Origin: Candidatus Krumholzibacteriia bacterium
GTDB taxonomy: Bacteria > Krumholzibacteriota > Krumholzibacteriia > Krumholzibacteriales > Krumholzibacteriaceae
NCBI GenBank assembly: GCA_963836185.1
Contig: CAWIIQ010000001.1
Location: forward strand, 192,001-256,000
Reading direction: 5' to 3'
DNA: 64,000 nt
Shown here in pieces: positions 20,440-30,994 of the stretch. The notes under the pieces were generated by a model. That model did not search any database. It had not been told where the DNA came from and saw nothing but the letters and a program-made list of their open reading frames with translations. Position 1 is the stretch's first letter. Every line of letters starts with the position of its first letter. A program made the translations under genes and the position numbers.

Positions 20440-22530
20440 ATGAAGAATCAGTTCAGATCGATCCTTGTGCTGTTGTCGGCCGTTCTCATAACGGCTGTTT
20501 TTGTATCAGCGGTTTCCGTGTCGGCCGGCGAGGAGAAGGAGAAACGCGCCTTCACGGCCGAGGACATATGGAAGATCTCGCGGCTCGGTTCACTCAAGCT
20601 GTCGCCTGACGGACGGCTGGCTGCGGTCGCAGTCACGAAATACTGCATCGACGAGAACAAGGGAGCCGGAGATATCTGGCTCGTAAATACGGACGGGAGC
20701 GGGTCGAGGAGGTTCACTACCGGTGAGACCTCGGAAAGCTCCCCTGCCTGGAGCCCGGACGGGAAATGGCTCGCTTTCACGGCAAAACGCGAAGATGAGA
20801 AGTCACAGCTTCAGATCATTCCGCTCGGCGGAGGAGAGGCCGAAGAGCTCACCGACATGCCCCTCGGTGTTTCGAGCCCGAGATGGCTTCCCGACGGGAA
20901 GCGTATCGTGTTTGTCTCTCCCGTTCTGCCGGGATTCGAAGAGGACCTCGACTCGATGAAAGTCGAGATCGAGAGGCGGGGCGAGAGCAAGGTCTCGGCG
21001 AAGGTCACCGAGAATGTCTTCTACCGCTACTGGGATCACTGGCTCACGGACGGTTATGTCAACCATCTATTCCTGATCGATGTCGAGACGAAGGAAGTGA
21101 CCGACCTGATGACGGGGTGGGACCGTTTGACCGGCGCAAGCGGGCTCGGGTACGATGTCTCTCCCGACGGCGGAGAGATCGCGTTTTCTGCATTCCGCTA
21201 CGGGGCCCCGTACGATTCACTGACTACCGATATATATCTTCTCGACGTTGAGAGTCCCGGCAAGCCGAAGAATCTCACCGCGAGAAACCCGGCCAACGAT
21301 TTCTCGCCGTACTATACACCGGACGGGAAGTACATACTCTACGGCGCGCAGAAGATAGTCGGGTTCTACGGCGATCGCGTGAGGCTGGTGCGATACGACC
21401 GCAAGACTCACGGAAAGAAACTGCTGACCGAGTCGTTCGACCGCTCGCCCTCCGGCTGGGTGACCGACGCGAAGACAAAAACGATATACTTCCACGCCGG
21501 GGACCGCGCGATGGGCTCTCTCTTCTCGGTCAGGATCGACGGCGGAGAGGTAAAGGAAATATATCGAAGCGGGTTCAACAACTCGATCGGAGTAACGCCG
21601 AACAGCAGGCTCGTCTTCCTGCACCAGGACAATGCGCAGCCGAACACGGTCTATTCGATAAAGACTAACGGCGGCGGACTGAAGAAGCTCACCGATTTCA
21701 ATGATGAGGACCTCGCCGATATCGAATGGGGCAGGATGGAGGATGTCTGGTTCAAGGGCGCCGGGGGCGATGACGTGCAGATGTTCGTTATGTATCCGCC
21801 TTTCTTCAATGCCGACGACCAGACGAAGAAGTGGCCGCTGCTCGTGCTCGTCCACGGCGGCCCGCACGGGACCTTCGGCGATGACTTTCACCCGAGGTGG
21901 AATACGCAGGCCTTCGCCGCGCCCGGTTACGTTCTCGCGATGGTCAACTTCCACGGCTCTTCGACATTCGGCCAGGAATTCACAGACGCTATCACGGGCG
22001 AGCACGGCCGCAAGCCTTACCTCGACGTCATGGCGGCGGTAGATGTGATGCTCGAAAAGGGCTTTATCGATGAAAGCAGGATGGCGGTCGCCGGCGGAAG
22101 CTACGGCGGATATCTCGTCAGCTGGATCGCGACGCAGACCGACCGGTTCGCCTGCATAATCAATCATGCCGGCGTATTCGACCTGCTCGTCCAGTTCGGG
22201 TCCGACTGGACCTTCGGCAGGCCCCGCGCGTACGGCGGGAATCCGTGGGACAACATGGATGACGTGATCCGCTGGTCACCCGCGCATAACATGGAGAAGT
22301 ATGTAACGCCGACCCTCGTCGTGCACGGTGAGCTCGATTACCGCGTGCCTGTGGGCAACGGGCTCGAGGCGTACGGGATGCTCAAGCGCAAGGGCGTGCC
22401 GGCAAGGCTGATATATTTCCCCGATGAGAACCACTGGGTGCTCACTCCGCAGAATTCGATCTTCTGGTACGGTGAGTTCCATGGATGGCTCAAGCGCTGG
22501 ATCGGCGTCGGCCCCGACGTGGCGTGGTAA
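20440..22530 (+). CDS. S9 family (acylaminoacyl/dipeptidyl) peptidase
   Basis: PD40-like propeller, HGGP, GGSYGG nucleophile, DYRV and DENH triad motifs. Confidence 0.93.
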   Translation: MKNQFRSILVLLSAVLITAVFVSAVSVSAGEEKEKRAFTAEDIWKISRLGSLKLSPDGRLAAVAVTKYCIDENKGAGDIWLVNTDGSGSRRFTTGETSESSPAWSPDGKWLAFTAKREDEKSQLQIIPLGGGEAEELTDMPLGVSSPRWLPDGKRIVFVSPVLPGFEEDLDSMKVEIERRGESKVSAKVTENVFYRYWDHWLTDGYVNHLFLIDVETKEVTDLMTGWDRLTGASGLGYDVSPDGGEIAFSAFRYGAPYDSLTTDIYLLDVESPGKPKNLTARNPANDFSPYYTPDGKYILYGAQKIVGFYGDRVRLVRYDRKTHGKKLLTESFDRSPSGWVTDAKTKTIYFHAGDRAMGSLFSVRIDGGEVKEIYRSGFNNSIGVTPNSRLVFLHQDNAQPNTVYSIKTNGGGLKKLTDFNDEDLADIEWGRMEDVWFKGAGGDDVQMFVMYPPFFNADDQTKKWPLLVLVHGGPHGTFGDDFHPRWNTQAFAAPGYVLAMVNFHGSSTFGQEFTDAITGEHGRKPYLDVMAAVDVMLEKGFIDESRMAVAGGSYGGYLVSWIATQTDRFACIINHAGVFDLLVQFGSDWTFGRPRAYGGNPWDNMDDVIRWSPAHNMEKYVTPTLVVHGELDYRVPVGNGLEAYGMLKRKGVPARLIYFPDENHWVLTPQNSIFWYGEFHGWLKRWIGVGPDVAW

Positions 22531-22549
22531 CGAACAGAGAGGGACAGAT

Positions 22550-24263
22550 ATGAATTCAGGGATATTCCTGCTGCTTCTGATACTGGTCCTGGGGGTCGTG
22601 CTTCCCGAGGACGCCGGATCGTACGACAGGCTGACTGGACGGATGGATGCCTCGCGATCAGAGGTGATCGCCGGGCACGGTATCGTAGCCTGCTCACACC
22701 CGCTCGCGGCGCAGATCGGGATAGACATCCTCAAGAAAGGCGGCTCGGCTGTCGACGCGGCTATCGCAGTCAACGCCGCACTCGGGCTGATGGAGCCTGT
22801 CGCTAACGGGATCGGCGGAGACCTCTTCGCGATTCGTTTGGGACGCGAAGTCACAGAAGCTATACGGCCTCAACGCGAGCGGGCGCTGCCCCGAACTGCT
22901 TACGATCGAAGAGGCGAAGAAGGCGGGGTACGAGAAATATCTTCCGTACACCGGTTTTGTTCCGCAGACGGTTCCCGGCTGCGTCGATGGCTGGTTTGAG
23001 CTCCACGAGAAGTTCGGCAGAATTGCAATGAAGGATATACTCGCTCCGGCGATAAAGCATGCCGAGGAGGGATTCCCCGTTACCGAGGTGATCGCCCACT
23101 ACTGGGAGCTCGGAAGCAGAAGGCTGAAGGACCAGCCGAACTTCGCGGCGACCTACATGCCAGGCGGCACGGCGCCGCGAAAGGGAGAGATCTTCCGTAA
23201 TCCCGACCTTGCGAATACTCTCAGTCTCATCGCGAAGAAGGGGCGCAAAGCATTCTACGAGGGTGACATCGCGAAGACGATCGACAGTTTCTGCCGTGAG
23301 CACGGTGGTTACCTGCGGCTCGCCGATTTCGAGAAACACACGTCGACATGGGTCGAGCCGGTCGGGACTGACTACCGCGGATACGATGTCTGGGAACTTC
23401 CGCCGAACGGCCAGGGGATCGCTGCTCTTCAGATCCTCAACGTTCTCGAGGCATATGATATCGCCGCGATGGGATTCGGCAGCGCCGATTACCTGCATTA
23501 CCTGATAGAGGCGAAGAAGCTCGCCTTCGAGGACCGCGCGAAGTTCTACTCCGATCCTGAGTTTAATGATATCCCGGTCGACGGCCTCGTCTCGAAGGAG
23601 TACGCGGATGTCCGCCGCGCGCTTATCAGCGCCGACAGGGCACTGAGAAAGATCGACGCCGGCGATCCGATACTTGAGACGGGAGAGACGACATATCTCG
23701 TCGTCGCCGACAAGGACCGCAACTTCGTCTCCCTGATCCAGAGCAATTACGCCGGATTCGGTTCGGGCCCCGTGCCTGACGGCCTCGGATTCTGCATCCA
23801 GGACCGCGGCGCCCTCTTCAACCTCGATCCGTCGCACCCCAATTCGCTCGAGCCGGGCAAGCGCCCTTTCCACACGATCATCCCCGCGATGGTGACAAAA
23901 GACAATAAGCCGGTCTTTGCCTTCGGCGTGATGGGCGGATCGATGCAGCCGCAGGGCCATGTGCAGGTCCTCTGCAACATCCTCGATTTCGGGATGGGGA
24001 TCCAGGAGGCGGGCGACGCCCCGAGGATAAGGCACTACGGCTCATCCCAGCCGACGGGTCAGGTGATGACAGACGGAGGCCGGGTCGTGTTCGAGAGCGG
24101 GATCCTGCCAGAGGTGATTCGCGAGCTCGTCGCGCGCGGTCACACGGTCGGCAAGGAGAACGGCGGGTACGGCGGCTACCAGGGAATCTGGTGGGACTGG
24201 GAGAAGAATGTCCTGATCGGCGGCACCGAGTCGCGCAAGGACGGCTGTGCTCTCGGGTACTGA
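22550..24263 (+). CDS. ggt: Gamma-glutamyltransferase (frameshift near 22835)
   Basis: GGSAVDAAIA...GIGGDLF in the first frame; ETTYLVVAD (Thr nucleophile), PGKRPFHTIIP, GVMGG..QPQ and SRKDG in the second. Confidence 0.9.
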
Positions 24264-24307
24264 GCCGACAGCCATTGAAAACATCGCGCAGACACGACTT
24301 TCGATAA

Positions 24308-24337
24308 AGACCCACTCCCGGCGCCGGGAGTGGGTCT
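24308..24337. terminator. Perfect 30-bp palindrome between convergent genes; likely bidirectional terminator
   Basis: AGACCCACTCCCGGCGCCGGGAGTGGGTCT is its own reverse complement. Confidence 0.75.
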
Positions 24338-24406
24338 GGTCTTATTCGACTGGATCGAGTATCTGTCCGGCAATGCCGCGGATATTGAGCTTTATCCGCG
24401 GTTCCC

Positions 24407-26126
24407 TTATTCCAGGTTCAGGTAATGCTCCGGCCAGTCGCCGGGGAACGCGATCGTGTAACTTACCCTGATCTCAATTTTTTCACCGGCCGCGGGATTG
24501 AGGTTCCATGTCGTGATACCGTCTTCGCGGCTCTCGTCCGGCTTAAGCGATATGTCGACATCATCGACCTTGACCTCTTTCATCGTTGATACTGGGATCC
24601 TGTCCTGGAGGACGATCTCGGTCGCTTCCTTCTTGAAATTCTCGAGGGTTATCAGGTAGTGGTACCTGATCTTCTTCCACTTCTTTCCTTCCTTCTCGAC
24701 ATACTCGCGTTTCTCGAGCTTGTGCTCGACCTTCACGTTCTGGTCGACTCCAAGATGCAGGGGAAACTCCTGCCCGTCGGCGAAGGTCTCGAGGGGCTGC
24801 CTGCCGACGAATGTCGAGCTCTTGCCCCCGCCCGGCGCCTCTGTATCGATGTAGACCTCAGCGATGCCGGCGAGGATCGGTGCGCCTAGCGAATTGGTGA
24901 CGAGCCCCTTGATGAAGACGTCATCTGCGCAGCCTCGGAGCGGTGTAAAGCGAAAGTTCGGCGGGCATCGTCCCTTCGGTGATTCGGATACGCTTCGAAT
25001 CGGCCCCCGACACAAGATCGACCATGGCCGGTACCCTGAAGCTCGCGGCGAACTCTGAAGAGAAGATCTCCGCTTCAAAATGATCGGCGCGTCCCCCGCG
25101 TACGTGGTCCTCGTCTCCGGTTTTAACGATACCGCCCCTGTCAGCGACCGGCTCGACCATATCGTGCGATTCCATTTCCATCATCTGCGCCTTCTTCGCC
25201 CTTGGCATTATCCTGCTGAGGTAGTGCGGCTGCAGCTCGGGAGGCGCGGCGCCGGCATGCGGCATCGCGGTCGACAGTGTGATATCCACACCATTCCAGT
25301 CCTCTCCCGTACTCTGTTTGATCCTCGAGTTATAGACGAGAGCTACACCCTTGCTGCCGGGATCGAAGCTGATCCTGTACTCGGGTACCCATGCCGTTCC
25401 CGGGACGATATATTTCAGTTCCAGGGTCAGTTCCCCGGCCGATTCCACCGCGCAGTCGATGGCCACACGGTAACCCGTGCGCGTGCCCCGTTTCACCAGA
25501 TCTAGCTCCTGCCTTATCCAGGCTATGTCCTTGCTGATATCCTGTTTCTTCAGGTTAAGCGAGTAGATCTTCGCGTCGGAACCTGTTCTCTCATTCTGGA
25601 GAAAATCCATAAGGGCCTTCCAGCCCTCCACCTGGAATATCTCAGCCGGAAACTCTTCCGACGGCTTCTGCTGCATCGGCAGTTTGCCGAGCTGTTCGAC
25701 AAACTGCAGGCGGATCTGCAGCGCGTTTATTTCTATATCGATCGAGTCCCTGCGTATCGCGAGCGTCTCGAGCTTCTCGAACAGTTCGGTATACCTCGGA
25801 TTTTCGGCAGGGTCATCCTGGACACGGATCACATCGGTGCCGATGATGCTGACCGCCGCGGAACCGTGCCCCTCGACCTGGAGGGAGGAGGTATTGAAGC
25901 TGTGCGGCAGGTCATCGCATACGATGCGTACCTGCCCGGCCTTGAGTGAGAGCTTGCCCGATCGTGTGACCTGGGCCTGGTTCTTGTAGACCGTCGCGGA
26001 TATGATATCGGTCTTCAGCGCTGCTTCCTTCTGCTTGCCCGCGAAGCTGCCGGAAGATGCGGCCGCGGTAATGAGGATCAGCGCGATAAGGATGCCCGGC
26101 AGATATCGATTGAATGAAAACGACAT
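24407..26126 (-). CDS. DUF4140/DUF4139 (MuiA-like) secreted protein (frameshift near 24925)
   Basis: ATVYKNQAQVTR, coiled coil, WVPEY, QSTGEDW..V..TLST, LGVD and QDRIPVS motifs across ORFs 24921-26126 and 24407-25078. Confidence 0.88.
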
Positions 26127-26164
26127 TTCTTCCCCCTTGGTTGAATATTGCCTCCATTGAAAAC

Positions 26165-26204
26165 TGAAAACGCCGGGATGTCAATCCGAATGGACATCCC
26201 GGCG
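26165..26204 (-). terminator. Rho-independent terminator located upstream of the DUF4139 gene
   Basis: 12-bp perfect stem CGCCGGGATGTC/GACATCCCGGCG (26171-26204) followed on the minus strand by TTTTCAGTTTT. Confidence 0.8.
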
Positions 26205-26322
26205 TCTCCTGCTACCGCGGGCGGTCTATGTAGCACTAACGCTGGGTGGAACGGTCGGTCGGGCGTCAGCAAATATCTATTTTATGGATGGCAAATGCGA
26301 TCGTGGTATCGAAGTGGGTCGT
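26165..26322 (-). ncRNA. Candidate unannotated sRNA or cis-regulatory attenuator leader (~155 nt)
   Basis: Lies between a sigma70-like promoter and the terminator; two further hairpins with C-rich loops; no match to riboswitch families I can recognise. Confidence 0.45.
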
Positions 26323-26328
26323 TGATTA

Positions 26329-26357
26329 AATATAATGAACTCAGGGCGCGAAGTCAA
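26329..26357 (-). promoter_or_regulatory. Sigma70-type promoter TTGACT-N17-TATATT
   Basis: Read directly on the minus strand. Confidence 0.6.
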
Positions 26358-26460
26358 ATCCGTGGCAGGCGGGGATATGCCGCCCCCCCCGCCTATAGTA
26401 GCATTATTCGCAACGATATAAGTTGAACGCGGTCCTTCCAGGCTGTATCCTTCTTCTGTC

Positions 26461-27807
26461 ATGATATCCAACAACGACATAATACTCGACAGTATTGCCG
26501 ATGGAGTCTTCACCATCGATCTCGACTGGCGTGTCACATCCTTCAATGCAGCCGCCGAGAGGATCACGGGGATGTCGAGGGAAGAAGCGGTCGGGAAATT
26601 CTGCGCCGAGGTCTTCAGGGCGACCGTATGCGAGGATTCGTGTGTTCTGCGCAGGACGATGGAGTCCGGTGAGCAGGTGATCAACGAGGAGATCTCGATC
26701 GTACGCTCAGATGGTGAGACGATACCGGTGAGTATCTCCACCGCGCTGCTGAGGGATGCCGATGGAGAGATCGTCGGCGGCGTCGAGACATTCCGTGACC
26801 TCTCGATGATCGCCGAGCTTCGCAAGGAGCTCCGCGCCTCCCGCACATTTCACGATATCATCAGCAAGAACCACCGGATGTTCGACCTGTTCGACATCAT
26901 GCCCGACCTCGCAGAGAGCGAGAGCACGGTCCTTATCGTCGGTGACAGCGGTACGGGCAAGGAGCTCTTCGCGAGGGCCGTTCACGACCTCAGCCCGAGA
27001 AGCGCCGACCCGATCATAACGGTCAATTGCGGAGCGCTGCCTGACACCCTTCTCGAGGCGGAGCTGTTCGGATACCGCCAGGGCGCTTTCACCGATGCCC
27101 GCAAGGACAAGCCCGGCAGGTTCGCGCTGGCGGAGGGGGGGACGATCTTCCTCGACGAGATCGGGGATATATCTCCCGCCACCCAGGTGAAACTACTCCG
27201 CGTCCTGCAGGATCGGGTCTATGAGCCTCTCGGGGCGACCGAGTCGGTGAAGGCCGATGTGAGGGTCATCGCGGCGACGAACAGGGACCTCGACGCGATG
27301 GTCGAGGAGGGGACGTTCAGGCGGGACCTCTACTACAGGATCAATGTCGTCCGCCTGAGGATCCCGCCCCTGCGGGAGCGGAGGGAGGATATCCCTCTTC
27401 TCGTCGATCATTTCATCGGGAGGTTCAACCGGCTGCGCGGCCGTGATGTCACCGGGGTGACGGCGGAAGTGATGTCGGCGCTGATGGGGCATGACTATCC
27501 CGGGAACGTGAGGGAACTGGAGAATATCATAGAGCATGCCTTTGTTCTCTGCCGCTCGGGCATGATCGGTATGCGTCATCTGCCCGACAGGTTCAGGCTC
27601 GATGAAGGGGAAGCGCGGCCGGTCGACACCGCCAGCCTGCCGGAGCTCGAGGGACGTTTCATCCTCGAGGCGCTCAAGAGGAATGGATGGAACAGGGAGC
27701 AGACCGCTCGCGAGCTCGGTATGCACAAGACGACCCTGTGGAGAAAGATCAGGCGCCTTGGCATCGAGCTTCCCTCCAGGGACGGCAGGAACCGCCTTCC
27801 GACCTGA
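26461..27807 (+). CDS. PAS-domain sigma54 enhancer-binding protein, OrpR-like
   Basis: PAS with C-x8-C-x3-C (CAEVFRATVCEDSC), GDSGTGKE, GAFTDA, FLDEIG and C-terminal Fis HTH. Confidence 0.92.
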   Translation: MISNNDIILDSIADGVFTIDLDWRVTSFNAAAERITGMSREEAVGKFCAEVFRATVCEDSCVLRRTMESGEQVINEEISIVRSDGETIPVSISTALLRDADGEIVGGVETFRDLSMIAELRKELRASRTFHDIISKNHRMFDLFDIMPDLAESESTVLIVGDSGTGKELFARAVHDLSPRSADPIITVNCGALPDTLLEAELFGYRQGAFTDARKDKPGRFALAEGGTIFLDEIGDISPATQVKLLRVLQDRVYEPLGATESVKADVRVIAATNRDLDAMVEEGTFRRDLYYRINVVRLRIPPLRERREDIPLLVDHFIGRFNRLRGRDVTGVTAEVMSALMGHDYPGNVRELENIIEHAFVLCRSGMIGMRHLPDRFRLDEGEARPVDTASLPELEGRFILEALKRNGWNREQTARELGMHKTTLWRKIRRLGIELPSRDGRNRLPT

Positions 27808-27822
27808 GCCAGCCTGTATATG

Positions 27823-27872
27823 TTTGCATAGATGCACACATAGGGATAAATTTACAGTAGCGTATATGCAAC
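27823..27872 (+). promoter_or_regulatory. Candidate activator binding sites (imperfect palindromes TTTGCATAGATGCACA and GTAGCGTATATGCAAC)
   Basis: Lie ~100-150 bp upstream of the sigma54 promoter; a similar GTAGCATTATTCGCAAC lies at 26398-26414 upstream of the activator gene. Confidence 0.4.
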
Positions 27873-27971
27873 CCTATGGTTGTTTGATGCAGTATTCCGC
27901 CACGATTGTAATTCCAGTAACACATTGATAAAATATCTGATACAGGGTTAGTGCCTGTGAATGTCTTGTCC

Positions 27972-27986
27972 GGGCACGAAAGATGC
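27972..27986 (+). promoter_or_regulatory. Sigma54 -24/-12 promoter
   Basis: GGGCACGAAAGATGC = GG-N10-GC with the GGCACG core. Confidence 0.7.
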
Positions 27987-28013
27987 CTTGCGTTGTGGTG
28001 AGGCATATTTGCA

Positions 28014-28441
28014 ATGAAAGTAGCATTACCAATAAGAAATGGCAGGATCTCACCGGTCTTTGACGTGGCCGTCCGTATCATCATGGTCGAATTCGATGGG
28101 GGGAGCCTGCTGGACGCTCTGAATTCTCGATCAGGGAGAGCGGCGGCGAGGTGAGGGTCGAATTGCTCGAGGAGCTGGGAGTGACGACCCTGATCTGCGG
28201 CGCGATCTCGAACCAGACCGCCCGTATCGTCGAGCGCTCCGGCATCGAGTTGATGCCATGGTTCGTCGGAGAGATCGACGAAGTCATAGAGGCTTATCGC
28301 ACAGGCTCGCTCGACAGCGAAAGCTTCATAATGCCCGGATGCAGGCGCGGACGGGGAAACAGGCAGGAAAACAGACAGGGAAGAAGATTCAGCTGCCACG
28401 GTGAGAACCGTATGGGCGGCGGAAGGAGGAACAGGGAGTGA
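28014..28441 (+). CDS. NifB/NifX (Di-Nase) family protein (frameshift near 28115)
   Basis: MKVALPIRNGRISPVFDVA start joined to LGVTTLICGAIS...MPGCRRGRG in the second frame. Confidence 0.8.
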
Positions 28442-28800
28442 AGATAGCTATCTCAGCAGCCGGGAGAAACCCGGACAGTCCGATGGATGCCCGGTTCGGA
28501 AGGGCCGGATACTTCCAGATATTCGATGCCGATACAGGTGAATACGAGATCATCGACAACACCACATGCAGGGACGCGATGCAGGGGGCGGGTGTCCAGG
28601 CGGGCGAGCTTGTCGCCAACCAGGGAGTGTCCGTTCTCATCACGGGGCACTGCGGGCCGAAGGCCTTCAGGGTACTTGCCGGCGCCGGTGTCAAGGTGTT
28701 GCTTTGCGGTGGCGGAACGGTGGAAAACGCACTGGAAAAATACAGGAATGGCAGCCTCGAAGAGGCAGCCGGACCGGATGTTGACGGCCATTGGGGCTGA
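28438..28800 (+). CDS. NifB/NifX family Orange protein (ORP)-like
   Basis: MKIAIS...DARFGRA.YF...GAGVQA...ITGHCGPKAF. Confidence 0.9.
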   Translation: MKIAISAAGRNPDSPMDARFGRAGYFQIFDADTGEYEIIDNTTCRDAMQGAGVQAGELVANQGVSVLITGHCGPKAFRVLAGAGVKVLLCGGGTVENALEKYRNGSLEEAAGPDVDGHWG

Positions 28801-28814
28801 AAGGAGGCAGTGAC

Positions 28815-29213
28815 ATGCCAGGAGGAGACAGGACAGGACCGAGAGGTGAAGGATCGAAAACAGGAAGGGCTGCGGGCTACTGCAGCGGAAATGATTCCCC
28901 CGGGTCCGCCAATGCGGGACCGGGCTATGGAGGAAGAGGCGTCCGCGGCGGAGCGGGCGGCGGTATGCGCGGAGGAATGGGCGGCATGATGGGTGGCGGA
29001 CGCGGCAGGGGGTACAGGCACATCTACCATGCTACCGGACTTCCCCTGTGGATGCGCGGCGGAAGGTATCCTGCGGATCAGGGCGGCACTGTCCGTGCGG
29101 CTGACGATATCGAATCCCTGAAGGAGGAAGCTGATCTTCTCGAGGCGAGGCTGAAGTCGATAATCGACAGGATCAGGGATCTCGGAACGGATTCCGGGAA
29201 GGATAACGGCTGA
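28815..29213 (+). CDS. DUF5320 family Gly/Arg-rich protein
   Basis: MPGGDRTGP.G.G..TGR.AGYC start and C-terminal coiled coil; AGGAGG RBS. Confidence 0.88.
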   Translation: MPGGDRTGPRGEGSKTGRAAGYCSGNDSPGSANAGPGYGGRGVRGGAGGGMRGGMGGMMGGGRGRGYRHIYHATGLPLWMRGGRYPADQGGTVRAADDIESLKEEADLLEARLKSIIDRIRDLGTDSGKDNG

Positions 29214-29216
29214 TCT

Positions 29217-30116
29217 ATGAGAATAGCTGTTGCAAGCGGCAAGGGGGGAACGGGAAAGACAACCGTAGCAGTCAACCTGGCCGTTTCGGCTGCGAGAGTT
29301 GGCCTCCGGGCGGCGTATGTGGATTGCGACGTGGAGGAGCCGAACGGTCACATTTATCTCAAGCCCGAGAAAGGTCTTTCCCTCCCCGTTGCCGTCGAGG
29401 TTCCCGGCATCGACGAAACAAAATGCACCGTTTGCGGTAAATGCGGCAGTATCTGCGAGTTCAGGTCGATTGCCGTACTGGGTGACCGCGTGATGGTCTT
29501 TCCAGAGCTGTGCCACGGCTGCGGCGGGTGTTTCCTGGTATGCCCGGTCGATGCGCTCAGAAGAGAAAAGCGTCTTGCCGGAAGGGTCGAAACAGGAATT
29601 TCAAAGATCGCCTCGAACGGCGGCGGCCGTTCCGGTCCCGTGGAGAATGCAGATATCTCATTTGTGCAGGGGATCCTCAGGGTGAAGGAAGCGATGCCTC
29701 TGCCGGTCATCCGTGAGGTGAAAAAGCTGATTCCAGACCGGGATATCGTTATTGTCGACTGTCCGCCGGGTAACTCCTGCCCGATGGTAGAATCGGTACG
29801 TGGTGCGGACAGGGTGATCCTGGTCACCGAGCCGACACCGTTCGGTCTCAACGATCTTGAGATCGCCCTTGAGACGGTCAGAGAAATGGGTATCCCGGTC
29901 GATATAATAATGAACCGGTGCGATTCCGAAAGGGAGATCCCGGTTTTGAATATCGGCGGCGCAAGAGCCGAAGTGATAGCGAGGATCCCTGAATCCTGCG
30001 AGATGGCCCGGATCGGGTCTACGGGGGGGATGGCTTCCCTCGAATCGGCTGAATTCGAAGAAATCATGAAAAAGGTCCTGGAAAAGATCCTGCGGGCTTC
30101 AAGGGGGGCGCGGTGA
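29217..30116 (+). CDS. MinD-superfamily P-loop ATPase with 2x[4Fe-4S] ferredoxin insert
   Basis: [17 protein letters not shown], CxxCxxCxxxC twice, DCPPG, EPTPFG. Confidence 0.92.
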   Translation: MRIAVASGKGGTGKTTVAVNLAVSAARVGLRAAYVDCDVEEPNGHIYLKPEKGLSLPVAVEVPGIDETKCTVCGKCGSICEFRSIAVLGDRVMVFPELCHGCGGCFLVCPVDALRREKRLAGRVETGISKIASNGGGRSGPVENADISFVQGILRVKEAMPLPVIREVKKLIPDRDIVIVDCPPGNSCPMVESVRGADRVILVTEPTPFGLNDLEIALETVREMGIPVDIIMNRCDSEREIPVLNIGGARAEVIARIPESCEMARIGSTGGMASLESAEFEEIMKKVLEKILRASRGAR

Positions 30117-30994
30117 TGAAGGAACTAGTGGTGATCAGCGGAAAAGGGGGAACGGGCAAGACGAGCATTGCGGCTTCACTGATCGCCCTGTCGGGCCGTG
30201 TTGTCGCCGCCGACTGTGATGTCGATGCGGCCAACCTCAATCTTGTCGTAAAGCACGATGTGCGCAGGAGTACACCCTTCCAGGGCGGTAAAAAAGCCGT
30301 CATCGACGAAACCCTCTGTTCGTCATGCGGAGAGTGCGAGAAACTGTGTCGATTCGACGCCATCAGCAGTCATAACAGCAGGTTTCATATAGATAAATTC
30401 GCTTGTGAAGGGTGCGGCGTATGTGCATATTTCTGTCCCGAACGAGCCATAGAACTGCATGTCGAGGATGGCGGAGAGTGGTTCCTCTCCGATACGGATT
30501 CTGGGCCGATGGTCCATGCCAGGCTCGTGCCGGGCGGAGAGAATTCGGGAAAGCTCGTCACGATCGTCCGCAATGAGGCGAAGAGCGCGGCTGCGGCCGG
30601 TGGATTCCGCACCATCCTCGTCGATGGAGCTCCAGGAATAGGATGTCCGGTAATAGCTTCGATCACAGGCGCTGATGCCGTGCTTATAGTGGTCGAGCCA
30701 ACGCTGTCCGGGATGCATGACATGAAGCGTGCCCTTGAGCTTGCCGGGTATTTCGGCGTAAAGGCATTGCTGGCTGTTAATAAATACGATATCAACGAGG
30801 AGATCGCATCGGAGATCTCCGAATACGCTGCCGGCAGGGGAGTACCCGTTGCGGGCCGTGTACGATACGATCCCGACGTTACGCGAGCCCAGATCAATGG
30901 GATGAGCGTCGTCGAATACTCCGACGGGCCGGCCGCAGCCGATATAAGGCGTCTCCGGGAGGCTGTCGTCGAACACCTGGCACTGGAGGAATGA
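30113..30994 (+). CDS. Second MinD-superfamily Fe-S ATPase
   Basis: [17 protein letters not shown], two ferredoxin motifs, ENSGKLV, PGIGCP. Confidence 0.92.
   Translation: MMKELVVISGKGGTGKTSIAASLIALSGRVVAADCDVDAANLNLVVKHDVRRSTPFQGGKKAVIDETLCSSCGECEKLCRFDAISSHNSRFHIDKFACEGCGVCAYFCPERAIELHVEDGGEWFLSDTDSGPMVHARLVPGGENSGKLVTIVRNEAKSAAAAGGFRTILVDGAPGIGCPVIASITGADAVLIVVEPTLSGMHDMKRALELAGYFGVKALLAVNKYDINEEIASEISEYAAGRGVPVAGRVRYDPDVTRAQINGMSVVEYSDGPAAADIRRLREAVVEHLALEE

Noticed and set aside
24308-24337. Perfect palindrome as mobile-element end or REP
   Set aside because: Only one copy was noticed, there is no transposase, and it lies between convergent genes. A terminator is the simpler explanation.
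26205-26325. Known riboswitch (c-di-GMP, SAM, TPP, cobalamin) in the DUF4139 leader
   Set aside because: The conserved cores of these families were not recognisable on the transcribed strand.
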